38,800 nucleotides of DNA from Candidatus Thorarchaeota archaeon. GTDB lineage: Archaea; Asgardarchaeota; Thorarchaeia; Thorarchaeales; Thorarchaeaceae. How positions within the stretch are numbered: position 1 is the first letter of the stretch; each line of letters opens with the position of its first letter. This document shows positions 9,001 through 17,858 of this stretch, piece by piece. The translations under genes were made by a program, and so were the position numbers. The notes below the pieces were generated by a model that was not told the DNA's origin, did no database searches, and saw only the letters and a list, made by a program, of their open reading frames with translations. Location: contig CP070761.1 of NCBI GenBank assembly GCA_020348985.1, positions 2,245,050 to 2,283,849 on the forward strand. The letters run 5' to 3'.

Positions 9001-9867
9001 ATGAGTAACGGTTCCATTGATGAAGAGAAGGTGCGCTACATTTCATTTGTGCGCAAAGAAGGCGGAGAGCCCATTCTAGGCATCCCCTATCGTGAGATGA
9101 GCGTTGATCCTGACCTTGTCGCGAGCTTCGTCCTAGCAGTCATCATATTCGAAAACCGTCAACTCAAGACCTTCACGAAAGAAGGGTACGTTGTTGTCAT
9201 TGAGGAAGGAAGACATGTTGTTGGTCTTCTGATTGTGGACCGAGTTGAAGATGAAGATCCGTATCGTTCTGAACTGATTGCAATCATAGAACGGTTTGAA
9301 ACGGAGTACGACTCACAGCTAAATAACTGGAAGGGTGATATTAGACCCTTCCGAGAGTTTGCGCTTCACGTTCTTGGAGTCTTTCCTTACAGGCGCCTAG
9401 AATGGGATCTTGTTCCCCGACTTGTGCCCAAATCCGAAGCTACTCCTGATAGGCACGCTTCCATTCCATGGAGTGTTGGTGAGACGGACCAGAAGATCCA
9501 TAGAATGGTTGGCTTCATTAATGGCAAGAGGACTTTCAGAGATATAATTGACGCATCGGGATTGGGTGAGAGAGATGGCATGGCTATCATATCCATGCTG
9601 GATCGATACAACTGGATTACAGTGACAAGACATCTCAGTGATTCTAGTGTGCTGGTGAAGATCATGGCGCCGCCCAAGTTCTTGCTGGGTGTGTACGGCG
9701 ACCAACTTGTTCAGATTGTTGAGATGTTTGACGGTACGAGAACACTCAGTGAAGTCTGCGACGAACTCCCCACAAACATTGAGGTAGTTCGCACAGTTGC
9801 CAAGAACCTAATTGACTCGGGCGTAATTGACTATGTTGACGCCACCGAAGGGAGTGATGCTCAATGA
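9001..9867 (+). CDS. Longin-like domain + two winged-helix domains (NPRL2-like), paralog 1
   Basis: N-terminal beta-beta-alpha-beta-beta-beta-alpha-alpha pattern (YISFVRKEGGEPIL...VDPDLVASFVLAV...RFETEY...WKGDIRPF). Two repeats, FINGKRTFRDII and MFDGTRTLSEVC, each lead into an HTH-wing. Confidence 0.7.
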   Translation: MSNGSIDEEKVRYISFVRKEGGEPILGIPYREMSVDPDLVASFVLAVIIFENRQLKTFTKEGYVVVIEEGRHVVGLLIVDRVEDEDPYRSELIAIIERFETEYDSQLNNWKGDIRPFREFALHVLGVFPYRRLEWDLVPRLVPKSEATPDRHASIPWSVGETDQKIHRMVGFINGKRTFRDIIDASGLGERDGMAIISMLDRYNWITVTRHLSDSSVLVKIMAPPKFLLGVYGDQLVQIVEMFDGTRTLSEVCDELPTNIEVVRTVAKNLIDSGVIDYVDATEGSDAQ

Positions 9868-9981
9868 GTCTAGCACGATATCATGCAGGACTAGAGGTTA
9901 AAAAACCATATAGGCATGAATCACGCTGCTGTGTAGACTCTGAGATTTCATTCGAAACCAAATTGAGGAGGTGTAATTGAC

Positions 9982-10800
9982 TTGGCCCTAGACATATCTA
10001 AGGTACGTTACATCTCACTCATCCGAGTTGAAGGCGGAGAATCCATTCTGAACATCCCGTATGCAGAAATGACAGTTGATCCAGATCTCATCGCAGGCTT
10101 TGTCACTGCTGTCATTATCTTTGCCCGGACTCCAATTCGAACTATCCGAAAAGCAGCATACGACATCCTAATTGAGGTTGGAGATACTGTACTCATTTTA
10201 CTTGTTGTGGACCCCGTCCCTGACGAAGCACCGTATCGCGAGCGCATGAAAAGAATACTGGCGAATCTAGAGGAAGAGCATGGTGAAAAGCTGAGGCACT
10301 TCGAGGGTGATGTCAGGCGATACAGAGAATTCACTCTTGATATCATCTCCGAGTTTCCGTTCTTCATATCTGACCTGGATCTTGTCCCAATCAAAGTAGA
10401 GAATGGGAGTCCGATTGTGTACAGAGTAGGCAAAATCGACCGAAAGCTGGAGCAAGTAGAGGCATTCATCAATGGAAAGCGTACAGTTTCTGAGATAATG
10501 GACATGATGCAACTGCCTGAGAAGGATGTGCTTGGTTTGATATCCATCCTCGGCAAGCACAAATCCATCGAGTTCAAGAGGCGCTTGACTGAACACGACA
10601 TTCTAGTCAAGGCCGCTTGTTCTGAATTCGTTCTCAGCAAACTCAAGGCGCAGTATGGTCAGCCGCTAGAAGACCTTTATGAGAAGTTTGATGGTAACCT
10701 CACAATCAAGGAGATCATCGAATCATTGCCGTACGACACCAACGCAATCTGGTTCATCATCAACAAGTTGGTTGAAGAAGGCTGCCTGGAACCGAATTAG
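9982..10800 (+). CDS. Longin-like domain + two winged-helix domains (NPRL2-like), paralog 2
   Basis: Collinear with the upstream gene (KVRYISLIRVEGGESIL, VDPDLIAGFVTAV, FINGKRTVSEI, FDGNLTIKEI). TTG start preceded by SD GAGGAGGTG. Confidence 0.7.
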   Translation: MALDISKVRYISLIRVEGGESILNIPYAEMTVDPDLIAGFVTAVIIFARTPIRTIRKAAYDILIEVGDTVLILLVVDPVPDEAPYRERMKRILANLEEEHGEKLRHFEGDVRRYREFTLDIISEFPFFISDLDLVPIKVENGSPIVYRVGKIDRKLEQVEAFINGKRTVSEIMDMMQLPEKDVLGLISILGKHKSIEFKRRLTEHDILVKAACSEFVLSKLKAQYGQPLEDLYEKFDGNLTIKEIIESLPYDTNAIWFIINKLVEEGCLEPN

Positions 10801-10803
10801 ATC

Positions 10804-11640
10804 CTAGAGGATAACATCGTTTCCCGGAATCCCTACAACATCGCTTCGACACTGCCTGCAGTGCACAAACTGTCTGATATGCGCTGATGCTGCGAGTCTT
10901 GCATTTCGGAGTTGCTTTGCAGAGGGCGATTTCGAGTTCTCGAATCTAGCACAAGGTATAAGCGGAACGATGTTCTGGAGCGATACTCCGAGGTCAGCCA
11001 ATGATTCTGCGGTATTGAGGATTTCATGGTCATTGACTCCAGGTATCAGGATTGTGTTTGCTTTCACCGCTATTCCTGCATCAACCGCGCTCGATATTCC
11101 AAATGATTGCCTTGCAGTGAGTTTGTGAGCCATTGAAATGCCTGATACAACATTGTCGTCCACGATGGCCCACTCGTAGACCTGGGCCGCCACAGCTGGA
11201 TTCAGTGTGTTCACAGTGACTGAAATCGCCTTCATACCCAGACTGACAAGCCTTTCAGTCTCTTCTCCAAGAAGGACTCCGTTTGTACTCAGACAGAATT
11301 CTATCTTGGGACATTCACGGCGAATCCCGTCCAACAAACTGAAGGTTTCTGGATTAGCCAAAGGCTCGCCTGGTCCTGAAACAGCAACTATCCCAAGTCT
11401 TGGGCGGCGCTCGAGCTCATTGAGGGCCCTCTCGAGGGCCTCTTGAACACTCATGATTCTAGACGCCATCCCTGGTCTTTGTGGACGACATCCCTGATGT
11501 TCTCCATTATTGCAGTAGGCACACTTGACGTTGCACCTCCTTGCAACAGGCAGGTGAATTCTCTCCCATATGTCGCCTCTCTTCGTCGACCAACATGGAT
11601 GAGATGAGAATGGGAATTTGCTTTCTATTGTTGAGACCAA
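10804..11640 (-). CDS. NifB-like radical SAM protein (stand-alone, no NifX domain)
   Basis: HPC, RIHLPVARRCNVKCAYC, GPGEPLAN, CLSTNG and C-terminal CRQCRSD are NifB family motifs. Confidence 0.85.
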   Translation of the reverse strand: MVSTIESKFPFSSHPCWSTKRGDIWERIHLPVARRCNVKCAYCNNGEHQGCRPQRPGMASRIMSVQEALERALNELERRPRLGIVAVSGPGEPLANPETFSLLDGIRRECPKIEFCLSTNGVLLGEETERLVSLGMKAISVTVNTLNPAVAAQVYEWAIVDDNVVSGISMAHKLTARQSFGISSAVDAGIAVKANTILIPGVNDHEILNTAESLADLGVSLQNIVPLIPCARFENSKSPSAKQLRNARLAASAHIRQFVHCRQCRSDVVGIPGNDVIL

Positions 11641-12033
11641 TTAGATCAGACCCTGTAACAGAGCACCTGCACGCCTTGCTACTTGTTTGCCATCGTTAAA
11701 AACTAGACCCATCTTTGTGTTCTCAGGAGCAGTGATGGTCAGCAAATACCCTCCGGCAATTGAGATCACAACAGTTGTTCCCATTTCGCCCTGGATTATT
11801 ATCGACCGAAGATTTCCCTGCTTCAGTTCACGAACAGTCTGTTCTCCTGCAGAATGAATCCCTGCAACCATTGCAGCAACTGACACTTCTTCGGTTCCTG
11901 TAAGGAAATGACTGATTAGAGGAAGGCCTTCAACTGAGAATATAGCGGCGCCGAGGATTGGAGACCTATTTGCGAAATCTACCAGGAGCTGCTTCAGAAG
12001 CTGCTGAATGCTGGCGCTTCCTTCACTACTCAA
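11641..12033 (-). CDS. Roadblock/LC7 (MglB/LAMTOR-like) protein
   Basis: GAAIFSVEGLPL...VAAMVA...ELKQGNL..IIIQGEMG...KMGLV is a typical roadblock pattern, 130 aa. Its stop abuts the NifB-like start. Confidence 0.9.
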   Translation of the reverse strand: MSSEGSASIQQLLKQLLVDFANRSPILGAAIFSVEGLPLISHFLTGTEEVSVAAMVAGIHSAGEQTVRELKQGNLRSIIIQGEMGTTVVISIAGGYLLTITAPENTKMGLVFNDGKQVARRAGALLQGLI

Positions 12034-12135
12034 GTCATTTCCCTCCTATCAGTTCTTCAGGTTTTCATTCTTAAGAGTGTGGAATATGTTGACCACCTGA
12101 AGTACAGCACATAAAGCTTCGGAGAATGCAGCGAG

Positions 12136-13146
12136 CTACTCAATCAATCTGACAGAAGTAACTGTGTCACTGTGAAGTGATCGCGCAGGCATTTTCATAA
12201 TCTTAAGCACATGCTCTGCTTCTTGATCAAATCCTTCCTCAGTCAGCATGTCAATGAATTCCATGCCTGTTGTGATGGATAGCCCCTTCATTGGAGCACC
12301 TGTCCTGCATGACTCGAGTAGCTCTTCAGCGCTGATCAGTTTGCATCTTATCTTGAGGTCTTTCTGTTTCTCTAGATGCGTAATGCCCTTTCTTGCTATT
12401 CCTCGATTCTCCCTCTGTTCCTCAGTGTAGGCTCTTCTCTTCGTGATATTGCGAAGTCGGTTGAGTCCCTGTTTCACGACTTCTTCCGACTTCAGCGTTC
12501 TTCCATAGACGCCACGAACACTCTTGGTGGACGAAGTAACAAGCCAGGCTGTTCCATATTCTGCTTGATATCTCATTCCCTTGAGTATCTCCGATTCACT
12601 GAGAAGTGTTATGGATCGATAACCCTTGTACTCGACAACAAATGACCAATCCGGATCTATGTTTGTCACAAGTAGATCTGGAGAGAGTGAACCCTGGCCA
12701 GTCGAAGGGACACTTGTTGACACGGCTGGGAACAGCTTGGTGATCAAGGCGACAAAGGATTCATGAAACAAGTTGTGGCGGAGATTCCTTGCTTCCTGAG
12801 GATGTCTAACTCCTGCCTCACGATAAAGGACAGGCATCTCAATTTTGAGACCAGTCCGAAGACGTACTTCATTCTTCGTGGTCAGTCTTCCTCTACGATG
12901 ATTCTGCTGGACTAGTCGAATCGCGGCTTCTCTTCCAAGTAACTGATACGTTGCTTTCCCAAAATCTTGAGAGCTTTCACCGGAGTCCTTCGTTCGTCTT
13001 GCTTCTTGTTGAGCCCAATCAATGATGTCCTGAGCTTCGGCGCCAAGAAGTTGGAAGATGGAGGACAACTTCTCACCCAGGTTATGACGCCGCACATGTT
13101 TCCTCAAGGCCGGTCCATACTTGACTTTTCTGCGCAATCCCTTCAA
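12136..13146 (-). CDS. Restriction-endonuclease-like PD-(D/E)XK protein with basic helical N-terminus
   Basis: HE...LSPDLLV...FVVEYKGY...EILKGMRY...AWLVTS. Confidence 0.65.
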   Translation of the reverse strand: MKGLRRKVKYGPALRKHVRRHNLGEKLSSIFQLLGAEAQDIIDWAQQEARRTKDSGESSQDFGKATYQLLGREAAIRLVQQNHRRGRLTTKNEVRLRTGLKIEMPVLYREAGVRHPQEARNLRHNLFHESFVALITKLFPAVSTSVPSTGQGSLSPDLLVTNIDPDWSFVVEYKGYRSITLLSESEILKGMRYQAEYGTAWLVTSSTKSVRGVYGRTLKSEEVVKQGLNRLRNITKRRAYTEEQRENRGIARKGITHLEKQKDLKIRCKLISAEELLESCRTGAPMKGLSITTGMEFIDMLTEEGFDQEAEHVLKIMKMPARSLHSDTVTSVRLIE

Positions 13147-13170
13147 CTCTCGATTTCAGACCGCTTGGAA

Positions 13171-13842
13171 CTACATTATTTCCTTCTCTAGAGTGGCTTC
13201 TTGTGTTTCGTCGTCGTAAATCACTAGCTCGGCATTGACGAGATCGAAGATCGCCTTCTGAACAACGGCTGGTTGGATTCCCGTGCTTGAAGCTATGTTC
13301 CTACGCGATATTGGTTTCTTCGTATTGTGGAGAGTGTACAAGATTCGTGCATGTGGCTTCCCGTAGAAGACTGTTTCAATTAGCATAATGTAGATGGCAA
13401 GCAAGTCGCTTACATCTACCTTCTCCTCAAGTTTCTCCTTTTCGGCGGCGGTCTCACGATAGAGTTCTGACACCCTCTCAAGCTTACCAGTGATGTCGTC
13501 CATCTCCGCCCGAAGCTCATCTCGTTCTCTTCTGAGCTCCGCTACCGCCTCGTCCTTCGATGCTTCTATACTGTGGGCGCTAGCCTTAGCCTCCTCTATT
13601 TCACTAGCCGCAGATTCAAGTTTTGCCTCGAGCGACTCCTTTTCCCCTGTGAGTCTGGCAATTTCTTCTTCCTTGGTCTTTGCATCTTCTTCTGCAGCCC
13701 AGCACTTCTCTTCTATCTCTCTACGAGCTGAACGAAGCTCCTCTCCCTCTTCCTTTAGCTTGTCCCTTTCATCCATGAAGGATTCGATCTTGTTCTTGAG
13801 ACTCTCGATGGCTTCGAGCAGCTTCTCCCTGTCCTCTGACAT
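13171..13842 (-). CDS. Coiled-coil protein with C-terminal winged HTH
   Basis: About 140 aa acidic heptad coiled coil, then PHARILYTL...ISRRNIASSTGIQPAVVQKAIFDLVNAELVIYD. Confidence 0.8.
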   Translation of the reverse strand: MSEDREKLLEAIESLKNKIESFMDERDKLKEEGEELRSARREIEEKCWAAEEDAKTKEEEIARLTGEKESLEAKLESAASEIEEAKASAHSIEASKDEAVAELRRERDELRAEMDDITGKLERVSELYRETAAEKEKLEEKVDVSDLLAIYIMLIETVFYGKPHARILYTLHNTKKPISRRNIASSTGIQPAVVQKAIFDLVNAELVIYDDETQEATLEKEIM

Positions 13843-13878
13843 AGATACTATCCTCAGAATGTGAATGGCCCACCCGCT

Positions 13879-15024
13879 TTATATCAGTTTCACATCAAAC
13901 TCTTTGGCTTTCAGTTTGATATAGTCCACGTACTTCTTTCTTAGCTCTGAGAGAGGAAGCGCGAAGGCTTTGAATGCTTCAAGTTCTCCTTTCAGTCGCT
14001 TTCGAATGAGAAGATCATTCTCTTTTCTCAGGAAGTCGTCTTCACCAATTCCTGGCAGACTACGATTCTGTTTGGCACATATGAGATCGGATTTGGACAT
14101 TGACTCGAGGGTGTGTGAGATGTCTTGAAGCATCCCATTCTTTCCCCAGAAGTCCTTCGTTGTCAGACCCATAAGCTTGGCCTCCGGAGTTGCTAGGCCC
14201 TCAATGTTCGCCAACTCAATCGAGTTGTTTCTGATAGTAGAGAAGATGCGTAGAGACCACGGCGAAAGGTCGACTAGAACGAATACTGGCACCTCAGAGT
14301 CCGCAAGTCTGCGAATCCAGGCACGCATGTTACGCCCAGGTTGTCCAAACAGAGAACCGACCCCCAACCGCATTCCCTCTGGGAGTTCCAATTCGATCAG
14401 ATTACGTGCCATTGCCTCCTTCTCGATGAAGACCGCCGCATCAATGTTGATTTCATGGATCTTAACATCCGAGGGTCTTGAAGATATGAACCATCCATAT
14501 TCGCCAGCGGAGTTGCAGCAGATTCGTTTCCCTGACAGGTCCGACAATGTGACATCTCCATAGAAGGTACCCTTAGGTGAACTTACAACGCCAAATTCCT
14601 CACGTGGCATCGATGCACCTTGGATTCTTAGAATTCTCTCGCACAGATTGATCAATCTGTTTGTTTCATTTTGTCCAGAGATATTCAGAGTCTCCTGAAC
14701 GTGTTTCACTTTGTGCATGTAGTAGAAGTCTCGAAGTGACATCGACATGCCCTGTTCAAGGTGTTCCCTGAATCTTGTGAGACCATTAACAATTCCTGCG
14801 ATTGTCTTGGCACTCTCCACTTTCCGTCCGTCTAGAAAAGAAGCATGCGCGTCTATGTGTCTATAACCGTCTCTGTTGGTGTAGCTCACGTTCCTCTTTG
14901 AGGAGCCGTAGTACCCAATCTCCGGGAACTCGCCGCACTGGATTGTTTCGACAAGGGTCTGAAGAATCGTATCAATCAACGGAATCATCTGGAGGCTTCG
15001 TGTCGATCCCTTCATGCCTTTCAT
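13879..15024 (-). CDS. top6A: DNA topoisomerase VI subunit A / Spo11 family, divergent
   Basis: LRDFYY (catalytic Tyr region), FIEKEA, GQPGRNMR, LATPEA and KGELEA. The TOPRIM DxD reads DLS. ATGA overlap with top6B. Confidence 0.85.
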   Translation of the reverse strand: MKGMKGSTRSLQMIPLIDTILQTLVETIQCGEFPEIGYYGSSKRNVSYTNRDGYRHIDAHASFLDGRKVESAKTIAGIVNGLTRFREHLEQGMSMSLRDFYYMHKVKHVQETLNISGQNETNRLINLCERILRIQGASMPREEFGVVSSPKGTFYGDVTLSDLSGKRICCNSAGEYGWFISSRPSDVKIHEINIDAAVFIEKEAMARNLIELELPEGMRLGVGSLFGQPGRNMRAWIRRLADSEVPVFVLVDLSPWSLRIFSTIRNNSIELANIEGLATPEAKLMGLTTKDFWGKNGMLQDISHTLESMSKSDLICAKQNRSLPGIGEDDFLRKENDLLIRKRLKGELEAFKAFALPLSELRKKYVDYIKLKAKEFDVKLI

Positions 15025-16610
15025 GAGGTCCTCTCCTTGCCGAACATAGAGTTGATATCAACTTCCTGGTTGGTGGCCTCCGAAAGAGTGTCAGCTATGA
15101 ATCGATAGTAGATTTGCAGTCTGTTCTCTCGTTGCCTCATACTCCTTCTTCTCTGCTTCTTCCTAACTTGATCGCCTAGGCGTCTCATGCAATCCTTAAT
15201 TGACAGATTGATTTCGTGTCGGACGGAATCAACATCTGCAATGAACTCCTTTCCGACGGTTTTGTACGGGATCTTAGTGCTGCAAATGTGTACAAAGAAT
15301 GCAAGAGGGTCATCTGGTTTGAGACCGTAGTTCCTGAGATTCAGCTCACCCAGGACTCGGCTTGAGACATCATTGCGTTCATCGTACAGTAGAGGGATTC
15401 TGTTCGCAAACCTCAGAAGCCTGATGCCGCTTCCAATGGCGCCCCCATAGGCAATTCCTGTTTCGACAATGAATGGATGTCCTCGATATACACTTGGAGC
15501 ACGGGTCTTTGCCACCACGATGTCTGGGCCAAGTCTGTTCATTCCGGCGACAAGCACCTCCTCTCCCGCGGGTGATAGTGAACGAGGCGATGGAGACCGG
15601 AACCCCCTGTAACTTGCCATCTTCCCCATAAGTCCGACCAAGTCATCGTCATCCAGCTCGGCCGGGTGTCTCTCCAGTTCGATGCCTGCAAATCGGAGAA
15701 ACTGATGAGCCGTCTTCCTGCCTATCCCCTGAAACTCAGACATTAGAAAGGAAGCTATGGTGTTTCTTCCAGTGGACTTCGTCATTTGCTTCAGCATCTC
15801 AACATCAATTCCACACGGATGAGGTTTCATTTCTCGGGGCTCCTCAGGTAAGGCGTCTATTACTCTCGGGAGTACAAACGGTTCTCCGTCAGGAGTTTCA
15901 AGCCGCAGCGAAGCATAGGGGACAATCACACTAGTCTGACTGAAGTACTCGGTTATGCGTCTCTTTGATCTGAACCAGTCCCCCTCAAGACGGTAGGACA
16001 CACGTGTACCGTGTTCACTAGGGTCCTTTTTCTCTGAACTCTCATCGACAATGACAGGTTCATTGTTTTCAATGTCGAGCTTCACCTGCAAGTGATTGCG
16101 AGCCGTGCTGCCCTGAACTGATGTTGTGATCTCGATTGGGCTCTGAGTCGTGATCTGCCCATAAAGGAGAGCCAAGCTGCCACCTAGTCCGAAAGTGCCA
16201 CGAGTTTGTCTTAGAGAGAACTTAGTACCAGTCAACATCTTCCCAAGCAGCTTCGGTACACTATCTCTAGGTATACCCGTGCCGTTGTCTCTGACGGTTA
16301 GACGATACTGCTGAGGTCCGTTTGAGATCCCGTGAGTGTCTGACTCTATACTGACTCGAAAGAGACCGACCCTTACGCTAGGCAGGACTCGTGCGGACTC
16401 GCAGGCATCAAGGCTGTTCTCTACCAACTCTCTAATTGAGACGTACAAGGATCGTGCTGGGTTATCGAATCCTGCGATTGTCCGATTTCTATAGAACCAT
16501 TCAGATATCGACAGTTCTGAAATGCTCAGATCGGTGCTTCCAAGAGACTGCAAACTTTGTTCTCCATCCAGTGAATGTCGAGACATCAATTGCAGAATTC
16601 TTTGAACCAT
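15021..16610 (-). CDS. top6B: DNA topoisomerase VI subunit B
   Basis: GHKL motifs RELVENSLDACE, DNGTGIP and RQTRGTFGLG; H2TH FQGIGRKTA; transducer RFANRIPLLYD and KIPYKTVGKE. Start at 16610 or 16586. Confidence 0.93.
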   Translation of the reverse strand: MVQRILQLMSRHSLDGEQSLQSLGSTDLSISELSISEWFYRNRTIAGFDNPARSLYVSIRELVENSLDACESARVLPSVRVGLFRVSIESDTHGISNGPQQYRLTVRDNGTGIPRDSVPKLLGKMLTGTKFSLRQTRGTFGLGGSLALLYGQITTQSPIEITTSVQGSTARNHLQVKLDIENNEPVIVDESSEKKDPSEHGTRVSYRLEGDWFRSKRRITEYFSQTSVIVPYASLRLETPDGEPFVLPRVIDALPEEPREMKPHPCGIDVEMLKQMTKSTGRNTIASFLMSEFQGIGRKTAHQFLRFAGIELERHPAELDDDDLVGLMGKMASYRGFRSPSPRSLSPAGEEVLVAGMNRLGPDIVVAKTRAPSVYRGHPFIVETGIAYGGAIGSGIRLLRFANRIPLLYDERNDVSSRVLGELNLRNYGLKPDDPLAFFVHICSTKIPYKTVGKEFIADVDSVRHEINLSIKDCMRRLGDQVRKKQRRRSMRQRENRLQIYYRFIADTLSEATNQEVDINSMFGKERTS

Positions 16611-16632
16611 CGTGTTACAAGGAGAATACCTA

Positions 16633-17529
16633 TTACAGCAACTGGAACCCAATGTAGCCGATGAGTAGCAAACCAAGCAGAAATGCAGTGACCACAATCC
16701 AGACTCTTCTATTCCAGGCGAACACAGTACCTCCGTCGAATGGCTGGAATGGTATCATATTGAACAACCCGAGCATCGAATTCAGAATGAGTCCGTACCT
16801 CAACATGACGGCAACATAGAAGATCGCTCCGACACGTGGAAGAGCCCCCCCACTCAAGCCGGCAATCACGAATATGGCAGTGGCAAGTATCAAGGCAATG
16901 ATGAGATTTGAGAATGGTCCCGCCAGATTCGCTTTTGCGTTTTCGTCTTCACTTCTTGCACGACTAGTGTACACGACTCCAGTGCCGAAAATCGGAAAAG
17001 AAAGAAGAATCGCCACTAGTGATAGGTAGTATCCCGTGGACGTCATGCGAAACTCGCTCCACATCCCATAGTGCTGCGCAGTGAACTTGTGAGCCAATTC
17101 GTGAACCATAAATGTGGCTAGAAAGATCCCTATAGTTGCAATGGGAAACCACCATAGGCCGAAAGCGATATACCCTGCCAACTGCTGAAATGCCATCCAA
17201 ATCCCATATGGGAATCCCATCATTGAGAATCCAACGAGCACAACAAGGATTGAGGCAATGGTCAGGTCCCTTGTTTCCGTTCTGGAGAAGCGCTTCCTCT
17301 TCGGCTTCCTTATTTCTCGACGCTCGGGACGAGATGGTTCCATTCCTTCTTCGAGCTCCATGGAACCAGCAAAGGCTTCCTCTATCCTTCTGCTAGCTTC
17401 ATCCTTGGCCAAATGTATTCCCGGACATCCATGACTCTCTGGGAGACGGTGATCTGTGCAGAAGACTCCATTGCAGTAGTGACATGTGAATGTGAGGTCT
17501 TCCTTCCCGCACAAGGAGCAGTTGGCCAT
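16633..17529 (-). CDS. AN1-type zinc finger fused to M50 (site-2 protease) intramembrane metalloprotease
   Basis: CSLC...FTCHYCNGVFCTDHRLPESHGC (zf-AN1); HELAH, AGP and FNMIPFQPFDGG (M50); several hydrophobic TM segments. Confidence 0.9.
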   Translation of the reverse strand: MANCSLCGKEDLTFTCHYCNGVFCTDHRLPESHGCPGIHLAKDEASRRIEEAFAGSMELEEGMEPSRPERREIRKPKRKRFSRTETRDLTIASILVVLVGFSMMGFPYGIWMAFQQLAGYIAFGLWWFPIATIGIFLATFMVHELAHKFTAQHYGMWSEFRMTSTGYYLSLVAILLSFPIFGTGVVYTSRARSEDENAKANLAGPFSNLIIALILATAIFVIAGLSGGALPRVGAIFYVAVMLRYGLILNSMLGLFNMIPFQPFDGGTVFAWNRRVWIVVTAFLLGLLLIGYIGFQLL

Positions 17530-17708
17530 TCTCTCTTCTCCTCTTTTTCCAAACGGAATCAAACAGGATGCTCGGTGAATAAGAACGTATTCCTAGCATA
17601 CAATTGTGCTCACACTGAATAGATTAGGCTGTCGTGAAACCTTGACAGTCCAATCGAGCAGCGATTATGGTTCTCTTCAGGTAGGGAGCTTTCACCTGCT
17701 TCCAAATA

Positions 17709-17738
17709 CTTATATACCAAATGGTCCTTAGTGACTAA
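17709..17738 (+). promoter_or_regulatory. Putative TATA box and palindromic operator of the hsp20-cdc48 unit
   Basis: CTTATATA at 17709-17716 followed by the perfect palindrome TTAGTGACTAA at 17728-17738. Confidence 0.45.
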
Positions 17739-17858
17739 TGTACCAGTTGGGCCTTAGTTGGCCTACTGGCCAACACGCACACGAAGAAGCCCATAGGTGA
17801 CTCTACAGGGCGGCTTCAAGCCGCCCAGGGCTTCCACGAGGGAGGATTGCCATCCACA

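Noticed and set aside
10804-11640. Evidence for nitrogen fixation
   Set aside because: A NifB-like gene alone is insufficient; no nifH/D/K/E/N in the window.
13879-15024. Pseudogene, or a bona fide meiotic Spo11
   Set aside because: The ORF is full-length, keeps the catalytic Tyr and is coupled to an ATPase-intact top6B; nothing in the sequence demonstrates a meiotic role.
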